30,468 bases of DNA from positions 1-30,468 of the forward strand of contig JAYTDP010000197.1 in the NCBI GenBank assembly GCA_043735865.1. Direction: 5' to 3'. The notes below the pieces were generated by a model. It made no database searches and was not told the DNA's origin. It saw only the letters and a program-made list of their open reading frames with translations. The translations under genes and the position numbers were made by a program. Source of the stretch: Bdellovibrionales bacterium (GTDB taxonomy: Bacteria > Bdellovibrionota > Bdellovibrionia > Bdellovibrionales > UBA1609). Shown here in pieces: positions 8,277 through 18,050 of the stretch. Each line of letters starts with the position of its first letter. The stretch's first letter is position 1.

Positions 8277-10481
8277 CTAGTGGGCCGAGAGCGATGATAA
8301 AATTTTCAAAATTATCGAGCGATCCGCTGTTAGCTTCCAGCTTTTTTCGCTCCATTTCCAATTTAAGTACCTTAGAATAGTTAACGGTTTAGCCGGATTT
8401 GGGGCCTCTCCATAGCGAAGCATATAAGTGAAAAGCGCTCGAACTTCTTTCGCGTCGGCCACTGGATCAACACCCATGATCCCGGCGATGACAACTTGGA
8501 AAAGCGGTAAAGCAGTCAACCCTTCCTGCAGGTCCAAATATCCGTTTTGATCGACATCAAATCTGATCATTAGGACTTCAATGTACTGGAGCAAGACTCC
8601 CATTTCATAAATGTCATTGTTCTCGATCGGTGTCTGGGTGGCGCCGCCGGTGCGATTCGTAGTTTCGAGGCCGGTCAGTGCCGTCTTCCAGTCTTTGGCG
8701 TTCAAAGTCGCGAAGTACTCCACCATTTTCGGCATGTTCGCGTAATCGCGAGAAAATAGATCGCGATAATGCTGCCGGAAACAATGAACATCAATGGCAT
8801 CATCAGTATGCGGACAAAGAGCGGTGGAGGGATCCGCAGGATCCCCTACGAGATCAGCTCGCAGTAGCTTGCCCGTATTGATACCTGAATGAACAAAATG
8901 AGCATATTCAATAACTTCGTAAAAATTAATCTGAGTATCGCCGTTCGCACGGGTGGTAAATAGATTGGCCTCACGAAAAATTCTCGGGCCAAGTTCGGTG
9001 TCGTTTTCTTTCACGACATCTAATAAGACGAGGAACGGTTTTATCGCCGTGTACGCGGCATCAAATTCTTTTTCATTTACTCCGCCCAAATTGTGACGAC
9101 GTATCGGATCGGCAGTATAGGCCTGCATCACCAACCGGATAGCAACTCGAAGAGCGTTGTATTTCGTTTTTGAATAGATATCCCAGACTGCTGCTGGATT
9201 TCGCAGAAAAATAATTCGGCGCATAGAATCCATTGGCAAAACGTAGGTGTCTAAAACGCCTTTCATTTCTTCGATCGCCTCGACCCCCTGGCCGACCCGT
9301 TCGTTACCGATCAAATAAAATTGTACGGAAATGAAATTTTCGAATTCAGTTTCGAGGCGTTTCATTTCTGCAAGGGACCATCCCGGCACGTTTGTTCCAT
9401 ACTCCGGTAATATTTTGTCGACTAAGGTACTCCACAAATTTTGCATTTGGGCGAGCGAGATATTGAGCGGAAGCTTATATTTTTTTGCATATTCTTCGAA
9501 AAGATTGTCGAAGGCAGAAGATGGAATTATGTGGTCCGGTCGGCGTGCGAAAGCTTCATTAAGGATCATGAAAACGCTGCGGCCCATGCGTTGTGTTTCA
9601 TTCAGCATCGCAGCTGTCTTCATGCTGTCTTCGCCTAAGAACAGACCGAATCTCATCGAAGTCGAAAACGCGTGGCCACCGAACCGAAAGAGGCCGTCCC
9701 ATTCGTCGGGACCGATCACTCCCGAGTCACCCGGGAAAAGCACGGCTTTCGCGGCCGAAATAAGCGGAACAAATTCAGCCGCCTTTTTTAACCCGTCACC
9801 GTTACCTCGCCGCTCAAAAACAGAATTGAGTTCATTCAAAAAACTTTTAAAATCAGACAGCTTGTAAGTGACTTTTTGCTTCGCTATGAGCGAACCGACA
9901 CGAATTAAAATGTCTTCAAATTTCACAGCGGCCAATCCCACCACATCAGGGTCAGGCTTTTGGTCTTTCTTAGTTTGAAACAAAACTTTTATGTAAGGCC
10001 GCAACTCTTGCGACATGCCTCTCAGTTCTTCGAACAATTCAATCAGACGGTTCAGTTCTCTTTGCGTCAGATATAATTCGTGGCCGCCGATCAAAAGTTG
10101 CTTCACGTGCATAAACTGACTTAAGAGCTCGTCATTAATTTTAATCGCGTCCGGTTTGTCTCCGCCCAAAAAATTAGTTTCAAGAAATCGTCGGAGTTCG
10201 GTGGCCTTGTAACCCCGCTTAGGATCACTCCCTTCAACTCGGTTCATAAATGTGCTGATCGCACCTCGAAAGCACGTCCAAAACGCGTTCACTTCGTATT
10301 CAGATGCTTTTCCGTTAACGTAATTTTCCATGATATCAGGACTGTTTTGTAAGCAATCTGTGCCTTTAAGACTGACAATCGGCACCGTCACTCTTGGAGT
10401 GTCTTCGTTTTTACAGCTTAAAGTGACGATGAGAGCCGCGGTAATGACGCTCGAAATACAAATTCGCATTCGACGCGACAT
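8277..10481 (-). CDS. Large predicted lipoprotein with EF-hand loop (paralog B), about 734 aa, function unknown
   Basis: MSRRMRICISSVITAALIVTLS|C lipobox. Canonical EF-hand loop DVDQNGYLDLQE. Mostly helical character. Paralog of 4136..6796. Confidence 0.8.
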   Translation of the reverse strand: MSRRMRICISSVITAALIVTLSCKNEDTPRVTVPIVSLKGTDCLQNSPDIMENYVNGKASEYEVNAFWTCFRGAISTFMNRVEGSDPKRGYKATELRRFLETNFLGGDKPDAIKINDELLSQFMHVKQLLIGGHELYLTQRELNRLIELFEELRGMSQELRPYIKVLFQTKKDQKPDPDVVGLAAVKFEDILIRVGSLIAKQKVTYKLSDFKSFLNELNSVFERRGNGDGLKKAAEFVPLISAAKAVLFPGDSGVIGPDEWDGLFRFGGHAFSTSMRFGLFLGEDSMKTAAMLNETQRMGRSVFMILNEAFARRPDHIIPSSAFDNLFEEYAKKYKLPLNISLAQMQNLWSTLVDKILPEYGTNVPGWSLAEMKRLETEFENFISVQFYLIGNERVGQGVEAIEEMKGVLDTYVLPMDSMRRIIFLRNPAAVWDIYSKTKYNALRVAIRLVMQAYTADPIRRHNLGGVNEKEFDAAYTAIKPFLVLLDVVKENDTELGPRIFREANLFTTRANGDTQINFYEVIEYAHFVHSGINTGKLLRADLVGDPADPSTALCPHTDDAIDVHCFRQHYRDLFSRDYANMPKMVEYFATLNAKDWKTALTGLETTNRTGGATQTPIENNDIYEMGVLLQYIEVLMIRFDVDQNGYLDLQEGLTALPLFQVVIAGIMGVDPVADAKEVRALFTYMLRYGEAPNPAKPLTILRYLNWKWSEKSWKLTADRSIILKILSSLSAH

Positions 10482-10497
10482 ACATTTCAACTGGCAA

Positions 10498-11880
10498 TCA
10501 ATAGACATAACTGAACCCCATGCTCACGCGATCATTGGCGCGGAACTGACGAATGATTGCTTTATCATAACGAGTGACCTGGGAATCGTAGACGGCCAAC
10601 ATGTCGAAAGAGGCTGTGAGGACCCATTGGTCGAGAACATTGTATTGAAACTGACTCGTCAGCAAGGACCCGTTTTGAATGCGATCATAGGTCAATTCGA
10701 TTTTATTATGAAGACGCGTGAATTTGGACCAAATCGGATAATTGAGTCCGATTCGATAAGCTTCGAGCCAGCGGGTCCGAATCTCAAATTGCGATTGTGC
10801 TGAAACGGTGTCGCCCGAGTCTGGCTTCACAGAACCCCAACTTTTCAAGAGTCCACCGTACAATGTGAACGCCGAAGGTCCTTCTCCCACCAAATCATAC
10901 GACGCAATGGCCGTCGCCAATGTTTGATCTCCGATTTGTTGACTGATCAACCGCTCGTTTTCTGGCATTTTTTGCGGACGTTCATAGGTCAACGACGACA
11001 AAACTTTCCAGCGGTCGACTTGGCGACGCCAATCGGTGGTCATGATGTGATGATAAGGAAAAACCGGCACGACCGTAACCGGCGCCTCTTGAGTGGCATC
11101 GAGTAATCGCAAGCGATAATCGTAACTCATGAGCATCTGATTGATCGGTTTGTAGGCGTACCCAAAACCAACTCCGTCATTATCTGTCAGCTGATGATCG
11201 ACCCGAAAAGCCGCGCCCGGAGAAAATACAACTTTCGCTGTCCCAGGCCGATCGATCGAATATGTCAGTGGAGTAAGGTTGGGACCAATGAGAGCTTCAC
11301 TCGGAGGACTTATAAACCATGGGCTTTTTGATAAAAGCTGTCCATTTTCGGTGTAAAAATGCGGACCTTGCTCCGGAATATAAATCGGCGAGATCATACC
11401 GAGCCAGCGGGATGAGTCGCGCCGTGTTCCTTCAAAAAATAAACCGGTTAGGCCAACACTTTCGGGGTTCGCTTTGTTCCAGGCGAATCTAGGCTGCCAA
11501 AGTCCGCTCTCCCAGAATTCGTCGGCCTCACTCCATCCTTCTAGTTTACGTCCAAACGACGAGTCATATTTGTCGGAGTGGTAAGTGGTAAAAGCTTCGG
11601 TCGGATTAAGAAAAGGATATTCTTCAGTGAAGCTGTAGAAGGCATGTACATCGAGGTGATTCTCAAGTTTTCCGCGCTTACTCGAATAGTCGAGGTTTAA
11701 ACCCGCTGTCGAAAATTGACTTTCTGTAGCTTCGGTTCCGAAGTAGGCCTGACCAGAACTGAAATAAGATTCGTAGTTCGCTTCGAACGTGCTTTTCGCA
11801 ATCGCGAAAGCCCGCGCTTTTGGCGCAGGTAAAAAAGCGAACCCCACAATGAAGACGTACAAAAGTCGTGAAAATCTCAT
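10498..11880 (-). CDS. Predicted outer-membrane beta-barrel protein (paralog B), 460 aa, function unknown
   Basis: ATG 11880 with a GAGGA SD. Signal peptide MRFSRLLYVFIVGFAFLPAPKARA. C-terminal MGFSYVY. Shares FGR..W...D..W..GLWQP.F.W...P...GLTGLF with 6786..8201. Confidence 0.78.
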   Translation of the reverse strand: MRFSRLLYVFIVGFAFLPAPKARAFAIAKSTFEANYESYFSSGQAYFGTEATESQFSTAGLNLDYSSKRGKLENHLDVHAFYSFTEEYPFLNPTEAFTTYHSDKYDSSFGRKLEGWSEADEFWESGLWQPRFAWNKANPESVGLTGLFFEGTRRDSSRWLGMISPIYIPEQGPHFYTENGQLLSKSPWFISPPSEALIGPNLTPLTYSIDRPGTAKVVFSPGAAFRVDHQLTDNDGVGFGYAYKPINQMLMSYDYRLRLLDATQEAPVTVVPVFPYHHIMTTDWRRQVDRWKVLSSLTYERPQKMPENERLISQQIGDQTLATAIASYDLVGEGPSAFTLYGGLLKSWGSVKPDSGDTVSAQSQFEIRTRWLEAYRIGLNYPIWSKFTRLHNKIELTYDRIQNGSLLTSQFQYNVLDQWVLTASFDMLAVYDSQVTRYDKAIIRQFRANDRVSMGFSYVY

Positions 11881-12018
11881 GGCTTCCTCATCTGACAATA
11901 CCTTGAAGGCGTCACCCAGCAAGAGATATTGCCGGAATGTGCTGCAATCCGTTACTTAGCCTTGGGTTTGGAATTTTTGAATTTGACTGAGGTCTAGAAA
12001 AACGGCGCAATCTTCGAC

Positions 12019-13959
12019 ATGGACATCTATGACAAGCCCGAGTGGATCAAGGCCGGTTTCGTTTCGCAAAAGCAATACTTTGAGCTGTACCGAACGTCGC
12101 TCGAAGACGGCGACCAGTTTTGGGCGAAGCAAGCCGAGCGCCTCGACTGGTATAAAAAGTGGACCCGCGTACAAAACTCAACCTTTAAACGCCCGGTTCA
12201 CGTCGAATGGTTCACCGCCGGAAAGCTGAACGTTAGTTATAATTGCGTCGATCGCCATCTTGCCGACCGCTCGCATGAAACCGCATACGTGTGGATCCCA
12301 GAAAACAAGTCCGAACAAACTCTCAAGATCACCTACAAAACTCTTTCTGAAAAAGTAAATCGCTTGGCAAATGGACTACGCGAACTCGGCATCAAAAAAG
12401 GCGACCGCGTGACGATTTATCTGCCGATGATTCCCGAGGCCGTTTATTCGATGCTGGCATGTGCTCGTATTGGCGCGGTTCATTCCGTCGTTTTCGGAGG
12501 ATTTTCTCCGACAGCCATCGCCGATCGTCTAAAAGACTGTAAAAGCGAGTGGGTCATTACGGCTGACGAAGGATATCGCGGCGGGAAAACTATTCCGCTT
12601 AAAAAAAATGTGAAAGGCGCGATTGCTCTCGCACCTCTGGTAAAAAAAGTGGTCGTGATTGAGCGAACCGGCGCTATACGCAAGGACAAAAGCCTTTGGG
12701 ATGAAACTCGCGACGTTTGGTATTCGGATTTAACTGACAAGCAGCCGGTCACGTGTGAGCCGGAAGTGATGGACGCCGAAGATCCGTTATTTATCTTATA
12801 TACCAGTGGGTCCACCGGTAAGCCGAAGGGCGTCCTGCACACGACCGCCGGCTACCTGCTTTATGCTTCTTTTACTCACGAAATGGTGTTCGGCTATAGG
12901 CCCGGAGACATCTACTGGTGTGCAGCCGATGTCGGCTGGGTCACCGGCCATAGTTATATAGTGTATGGTCCGCTTTCAAATGGCGCGACGTCTGTGCTCT
13001 ACGAAGGACTCCCCACTTATCCAGATGCATCTCGCATGTGGGAGATCATCGATGACCATAAGGTGAATATCCTCTACACAGCACCGACGTTGATTCGCTC
13101 GCTCATGAAAGAGGGAGAGGAGTGGGTGAAAAAACACTCTCGGCAATCACTTCGAACCTTAGGATCAGTGGGAGAACCGATAAATCCCGAGGCCTGGCTC
13201 TGGTATTATCGAGTCGTCGGAGACGAGCGTTGCCCGATCGTGGATACATGGTGGCAAACTGAAACGGGCGGGATCTTGATCTCCCCTCTTCCGGGCGCGA
13301 CTCCCTTAAAGCCCGGATCGGCGACTCTGCCATTTTTCGGGATTGAACCGGTCATTGTGAACGATAAGGGCGTGCCTCTCGAGAAAGGCAACACGGGTCA
13401 CCTGTGTTTGAATCGCTCATGGCCGGGCCAAATGAGAACTCTTTATGGCGACCACAAGCGTTTTGAAGAAACTTATTTTTCTCAGTTCGCCGGACGTTAT
13501 TACACCGGCGATGAATGCCGCTACGATGAAGATGGTTATTTTTGGATCAACGGTCGCGCAGACGATGTTATTAATGTCTCAGGCCATCGTTTGGGAACGG
13601 CCGAAATTGAAAGCGCATTGATTACGCATCCAAAAGTCGCTGAAAGCGCCGTCGTCGGCTACCCGCACGACATCAAGGGCACGGGCATTTATGCGTTTGT
13701 CACTCTGCGCAAGGAGGTTTCGGCGACCGAAGAATTAAAAAAAGAACTAGTCGCGTGTGTTCGTAAAGAAATCGGCCCTATTGCGTCTCCAGATCTTATA
13801 CAGTGGGCACCGGCGCTACCAAAAACACGCAGCGGAAAGATCATGAGGCGCATCTTAAAAAAGATCGCGGCCAACGATTTCAAGGACTTGGGTGACACAT
13901 CCACTTTAGCAGATCCAGCGGTCGTCGATTCTCTTATATCTGAGCGGTTACAAAGGTAA
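12019..13959 (+). CDS. acs: Acetyl-CoA synthetase (AMP-forming)
   Basis: AMP-binding loop [11 protein letters not shown], plus [30 protein letters not shown] and [12 protein letters not shown] (regulatory Lys). Confidence 0.97.
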   Translation: MDIYDKPEWIKAGFVSQKQYFELYRTSLEDGDQFWAKQAERLDWYKKWTRVQNSTFKRPVHVEWFTAGKLNVSYNCVDRHLADRSHETAYVWIPENKSEQTLKITYKTLSEKVNRLANGLRELGIKKGDRVTIYLPMIPEAVYSMLACARIGAVHSVVFGGFSPTAIADRLKDCKSEWVITADEGYRGGKTIPLKKNVKGAIALAPLVKKVVVIERTGAIRKDKSLWDETRDVWYSDLTDKQPVTCEPEVMDAEDPLFILYTSGSTGKPKGVLHTTAGYLLYASFTHEMVFGYRPGDIYWCAADVGWVTGHSYIVYGPLSNGATSVLYEGLPTYPDASRMWEIIDDHKVNILYTAPTLIRSLMKEGEEWVKKHSRQSLRTLGSVGEPINPEAWLWYYRVVGDERCPIVDTWWQTETGGILISPLPGATPLKPGSATLPFFGIEPVIVNDKGVPLEKGNTGHLCLNRSWPGQMRTLYGDHKRFEETYFSQFAGRYYTGDECRYDEDGYFWINGRADDVINVSGHRLGTAEIESALITHPKVAESAVVGYPHDIKGTGIYAFVTLRKEVSATEELKKELVACVRKEIGPIASPDLIQWAPALPKTRSGKIMRRILKKIAANDFKDLGDTSTLADPAVVDSLISERLQR

Positions 13960-14021
13960 TTACGGCCGACAACAGACAACCGATCCTGTCAATTTATTGT
14001 AGCAGTTTTTAGTGAAAACTC

Positions 14022-14067
14022 CTGTCAATGCCATGGCTTTGACAGCAAAGCCATGGACGGCGGCTTT
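14022..14067. repeat. Cluster of overlapping inverted repeats downstream of acs (possible terminator/attenuator or operator)
   Basis: A 24-bp near-perfect palindrome ctgtcaa-t-gccatggc-t-ttgacag (14022-14045). A perfect 11-bp stem ccatggctttg/caaagccatgg (14031-14056). A 6-bp stem aaagcc/ggcttt running into a T-run (14047-14067). Confidence 0.7.
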
Positions 14068-14160
14068 TTGACCTGACCGATCAAATTCTTGCTGTTGAAA
14101 AAATAGAATTAAGGGTCGTATGATTTCATCACGACGGAGTGCGAAGGACCCAGGAAACTT

Positions 14161-14190
14161 TTGACAGTTTTTTGAGTCCCACCATATCGT
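14161..14190 (+). promoter_or_regulatory. Candidate sigma70 promoter for nrdAB
   Basis: TTGACA (14161-14166), an 18-nt spacer, then TATCGT (14185-14190), about 145 nt upstream of the nrdA ATG. Confidence 0.4.
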
Positions 14191-14334
14191 CTTTTGCGGC
14201 GTTCGTTGAAAGAAGAAAAAGAAGAAGTACTTCTAACGTGGGGTTCGAAGTTCTTCTGTCTAATAAGTTCGAGTTCTGAGAGAAAACTGAGTGCTTCTTT
14301 AGATGATGAAAGAGGCCGATTACGAGGGGGAAAT

Positions 14335-16974
14335 ATGGAAGTGACTGTCCAGAATAAAGAAAAGAGCGATGTGACAATGGAAACCGAAATAACGGCAAAA
14401 GGAACTGCGACGCCTGTCACGACTCCTCCGGCAAACAAAACCTACGACGAACGAGTTCTCGATCGAGAAAATCAGCCGCCACTCGGCGAAGAAGAAAAAG
14501 GTGCGCCACATATCATGCGCGTGAAAAAGCGCGATGGAACTTTACGTCCAGTCGACGTGACGAAAATCGTAAATGTGGTTATCGCGTGTTCATCGGGGCT
14601 AAAAGAAGTCGATCCGATGCGCGTGGCAACGAAAGTGATCAGCGGCCTCTATGATGGGGCATCGACCAAAGAACTCGACGAGCTCTGCATCCAAACTGCA
14701 TCCTTATTGATCGGCGAAGAGCCGGCCTATTCGCGACTGGCTGCGCGCCTCCTCTCGCGCTACATCGACGAAGAAGTTTCGACCCAAAATATTCGTAATT
14801 TTTATGCTTCTGTACAAAAGGGTTTCGAAAACGGTGTTATCTCGAAAGAGAAATTCGAATTCGTCCGCGAACATAAAGAGGCTTTGAATATCATCATCGA
14901 CGATTCGCGTACGCGTAAATTTGAATACTTCGGTCTTCGCACCGTTTACGATCGCTACTTATTACGCGACCCCGAAACCCGACAAGTTGTTGAGACTCCA
15001 CAATACTTCTTCCTCCGCGTCGCTTGTGGTCTTGCTCGCAATTTTGCCGAAGCTAAAGAGTTTTACGAGCTCATTTCGTCTCTCGATTATCTTCCGAGCT
15101 CACCGACGCTTTTCAATGCGGCAACTCAGAATTCGCAATTGTCGTCATGCTACCTACTCGATTCTCCTGAAGATGATCTCTCTTCGATTTACGAGAAATA
15201 TAGAGATGTCGCGTTACTATCGAAATTCGCCGGCGGCATCGGCCTTTCGTTCTCACGTGTTCGATCTCGTGGATCACTTATTAAGGGCACCAATGGTTTC
15301 TCGAACGGACTTGTTCCTTGGTTAAAAACTCTCGACTCTTCGGTCGCAGCAGTCAATCAAGGTGGCCGTCGCAAAGGCGCCGCGTGTGTGTATCTCGAAA
15401 CCTGGCACGCAGATATTGAGGAGTTTCTTGAGCTTCGCGATAACACGGGTGACGAAGGTCGCCGAACGCATAATTTAAATTTAGCGAACTGGGTTCCGGA
15501 TCTATTTATGAAACGTGTTGAAGCAGACGGCCTTTGGTCACTCTTCGATCCGAAATCAAAGCCAGAATTCGTTGATATGTTCGGCGAAGAATTTGAAAAA
15601 GCGTATATTGAGGCTGAAGAGAAAGGTGAATTCGCGAAGCAAATTAAAGCGCGCGAACTCTATTCGCGAATGATGAAAACATTGGCCCAAACGGGCAATG
15701 GCTGGATGACCTTTAAAGATGCCTCGAACCGCAAAAGCAATCAAACCGGTGAGCCTGGCAACGTCATTCACTTGTCAAATCTATGCACTGAGATTCTCGA
15801 GGTTACGAATAACGCCGAGACTGCAGTTTGTAATTTGGGCTCGATCAATTTGGCGAACCATGTGGTCGACGGTCATGTCGATTACGCAAAAATCGCTGAA
15901 ACAGCGCGTACCGCAATCAAATACCTTGATCGCGTTATCGACATTAATTTTTATCCGATTCCGCAATCCCATGCTTCAAACCGCAAATGGCGCCCAGTGG
16001 GTCTTGGCCTAATGGGTCTGCAAGATGTGTTTTTCAAATTGCATCTTCCGTTCGACTCGAAAGAAGCGCTTGAGGTTTCAACAACTATTTCTGAAACGAT
16101 TTACTACAATGCGCTTGAAGCGTCGGTAGAGCTGGCCGAAGAATCAGGACCACACGAAGCATTTGGGCTCACTCGCGCAGCCAAAGGCGAACTTCAGTTT
16201 GATAGCTGGGGCGTGACTCCAAAAGATACGAAAAAGTGGGATGCGCTTCGTGCTCGCATTCAAAAAAGCGGTCTTCGCAATTCTCTTATGATCGCGATCG
16301 CGCCGACGGCGACAATTGCATCGATCGCCGGAGTTTACGAGGCCACTGAACCGCAAATCTCAAACTTGTTTAAACGCGAAACATTGTCGGGCGAATTCAT
16401 TCAAGTGAACCGCTACCTTGTCTCTCGATTAAAGCAATTAGGCGTATGGAATGAAGACTTGCGTAATCGCATTAAGACGAGCGAAGGCTCGATTGCCGCG
16501 ATTTCGCAAATTCCGAGTGACGTTCGCGAAGTTTACAAAACGGTATGGGAAGTCCCGCAGAAATCATTAGTTGATTTGGCAGCTGCTCGTGGCGCTTACA
16601 TCGATCAAAGTCAGTCTTTGAATTTATTTATCGAGACTCCGACCATCGGAAAACTTTCTAGCATGTACATGTACGCATGGAAACAGGGCTGTAAAACGAC
16701 CTATTACTTGCGTTCACGTCCGGCGACGAAGATATCAAAAATCGGGTCGACCGGTGCTGACATCAAAGAAGGCATGACCGATCCGAATGCAGTAGGCGCG
16801 ACTGGCGCTCATGCAATGGCGACAGGTTCGAATACGGCCGTTTCAAGCGCAACAGCAATGCCTGCGACTGCGGTCGAATTAGTAGATGCTACCCCGGCGA
16901 AGAAAGTTTACAGCGATTCAGAGGCCCTCGCCTGCTCGCTTGAAAACCCAGAAATCTGCGAAGCTTGCCAGTAA
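14335..16974 (+). CDS. nrdA: Ribonucleoside-diphosphate reductase class I, alpha subunit with ATP cone
   Basis: ATP cone VKKRDG, SSCYL, SNLCTE, CNLGS, APTATIAS, KTTYYLR and C-terminal CxxC (CEACQ). ATG 14335 follows GAGGGGG. Confidence 0.96.
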   Translation: MEVTVQNKEKSDVTMETEITAKGTATPVTTPPANKTYDERVLDRENQPPLGEEEKGAPHIMRVKKRDGTLRPVDVTKIVNVVIACSSGLKEVDPMRVATKVISGLYDGASTKELDELCIQTASLLIGEEPAYSRLAARLLSRYIDEEVSTQNIRNFYASVQKGFENGVISKEKFEFVREHKEALNIIIDDSRTRKFEYFGLRTVYDRYLLRDPETRQVVETPQYFFLRVACGLARNFAEAKEFYELISSLDYLPSSPTLFNAATQNSQLSSCYLLDSPEDDLSSIYEKYRDVALLSKFAGGIGLSFSRVRSRGSLIKGTNGFSNGLVPWLKTLDSSVAAVNQGGRRKGAACVYLETWHADIEEFLELRDNTGDEGRRTHNLNLANWVPDLFMKRVEADGLWSLFDPKSKPEFVDMFGEEFEKAYIEAEEKGEFAKQIKARELYSRMMKTLAQTGNGWMTFKDASNRKSNQTGEPGNVIHLSNLCTEILEVTNNAETAVCNLGSINLANHVVDGHVDYAKIAETARTAIKYLDRVIDINFYPIPQSHASNRKWRPVGLGLMGLQDVFFKLHLPFDSKEALEVSTTISETIYYNALEASVELAEESGPHEAFGLTRAAKGELQFDSWGVTPKDTKKWDALRARIQKSGLRNSLMIAIAPTATIASIAGVYEATEPQISNLFKRETLSGEFIQVNRYLVSRLKQLGVWNEDLRNRIKTSEGSIAAISQIPSDVREVYKTVWEVPQKSLVDLAAARGAYIDQSQSLNLFIETPTIGKLSSMYMYAWKQGCKTTYYLRSRPATKISKIGSTGADIKEGMTDPNAVGATGAHAMATGSNTAVSSATAMPATAVELVDATPAKKVYSDSEALACSLENPEICEACQ

Positions 16975-17051
16975 TTTTATTCCTACTTAAACTCAATCGT
17001 GCGTCGGCTTAATCGCTGACGCCGTTATCGCACCCAGAAGGACAAAAGCAC

Positions 17052-18050
17052 ATGATCTTAGATCCAGGATTCAACTTAACTCTTCGACCAATGAAATATC
17101 CGATCTTTTTTGAGATGTATAAGAACGGAATTAAAAATAATTGGACGGTAGATGAAGTTGATTTTACTTCGGACGTGTCCGATCTCAAACAAAAGCTGAA
17201 TGAGCCAGAGCGCTTTTTAATTAAGCGTCTCGTTGCTTTCTTCGCCACCGGCGATTCAATCGTCGGCAATAATTTGGTCTTGAATTTGTATAAGCACATC
17301 AATGCTCCTGAAGCGCGCCTCTATTTGTCGCGCCAACTCTTCGAAGAAGCTTTGCATGTACAGTTTTACCTGACACTTCTCGATACCTATGTTCCCGATC
17401 CAAATGAGCGGGAGGAAGCTTTTGTTGCTATCGAAAGTATTCCTTCGATCAAGCGCAAAGGGGAATTCTGTTTTAAATGGATGGACTCAATCGAATCGCT
17501 CGATCGCATCGAAACTATTGAAGACCGTCGCAAATTTTTGATGAATCTCATCTGTTTCGCCGCTTGCATTGAGGGTCTCTTTTTCTTCGGCGCCTTCGCT
17601 TACGTTTATTTCTTGCGTTCGAAAGGTTTGCTAAGCGGCCTGGCTTCTGGAACCAATTGGGTTTTCCGCGACGAGAGTGCTCACATCGACTTTGCATTTG
17701 AAGTCATCAAAACGGCCCGCCTCGAAGAGCCGGAGCTTTTCGACGAGCGCATGCAAGAAATGGTTCGCGTCATGATCGATGAAGCGATCGACTGCGAAAT
17801 GGCTTTTGCACAAGAAATTTTGGCCCATGGTCTTTCAGGGCTTTCGATCAAGGATATGAAGACGTATTTACGTTTTGTCGGAAACTCACGACTTGAGCGA
17901 CTCGGCATCCAACCGAAAGAAAAAGTGAAGAACCCATTCACGTTTATGGAACTTCAAGATGCACAAGAGTTGACGAATTTCTTTGAGCGACGGGTATCGG
18001 CTTACCAGGTGGGCGTAACGGGCGACGTCAGTTTTGACGAAAATTTCTAA
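17052..18050 (+). CDS. nrdB: Ribonucleoside-diphosphate reductase class Ia, beta subunit
   Basis: Di-iron ligands in GDSIV, EEALH, IEGLFF and DESAH. Radical Tyr in HVQFY. NFFE near the C-terminus. Confidence 0.96.
   Translation: MILDPGFNLTLRPMKYPIFFEMYKNGIKNNWTVDEVDFTSDVSDLKQKLNEPERFLIKRLVAFFATGDSIVGNNLVLNLYKHINAPEARLYLSRQLFEEALHVQFYLTLLDTYVPDPNEREEAFVAIESIPSIKRKGEFCFKWMDSIESLDRIETIEDRRKFLMNLICFAACIEGLFFFGAFAYVYFLRSKGLLSGLASGTNWVFRDESAHIDFAFEVIKTARLEEPELFDERMQEMVRVMIDEAIDCEMAFAQEILAHGLSGLSIKDMKTYLRFVGNSRLERLGIQPKEKVKNPFTFMELQDAQELTNFFERRVSAYQVGVTGDVSFDENF

Noticed and set aside
9331-9867. 178-aa plus-strand ORF and the other short antisense ORFs in the track (e.g. 4862-5308, 10330-10803, 24668-25105)
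   Set aside because: They lie opposite or within well-supported genes and have no recognisable motifs, so they are treated as shadow ORFs.
14060-14085. Minus-strand GGTCAGGTC resembling the SRP RNA core
   Set aside because: The required GNRA tetraloop stem and AGCAG element do not follow.
14090-14334. Possible cobalamin riboswitch or NrdR box upstream of nrdA
   Set aside because: No B12-box elements (GGGAA, GCCCCCGCnACTGT, GCCACTG) are present. ccaccatat is at best a half NrdR site.
14194-14334. In-frame upstream extension of nrdA
   Set aside because: No SD and low-complexity A-rich sequence. ATG 14335 has a strong SD.
17001-17022. 8-bp hairpin between nrdA and nrdB
   Set aside because: No U-tract and a single occurrence. 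It is probably an ordinary intra-operon stem.
14335-18050. Intein or intron in nrdA/nrdB
   Set aside because: Both genes are uninterrupted, of normal length, and lack intein or homing endonuclease motifs.
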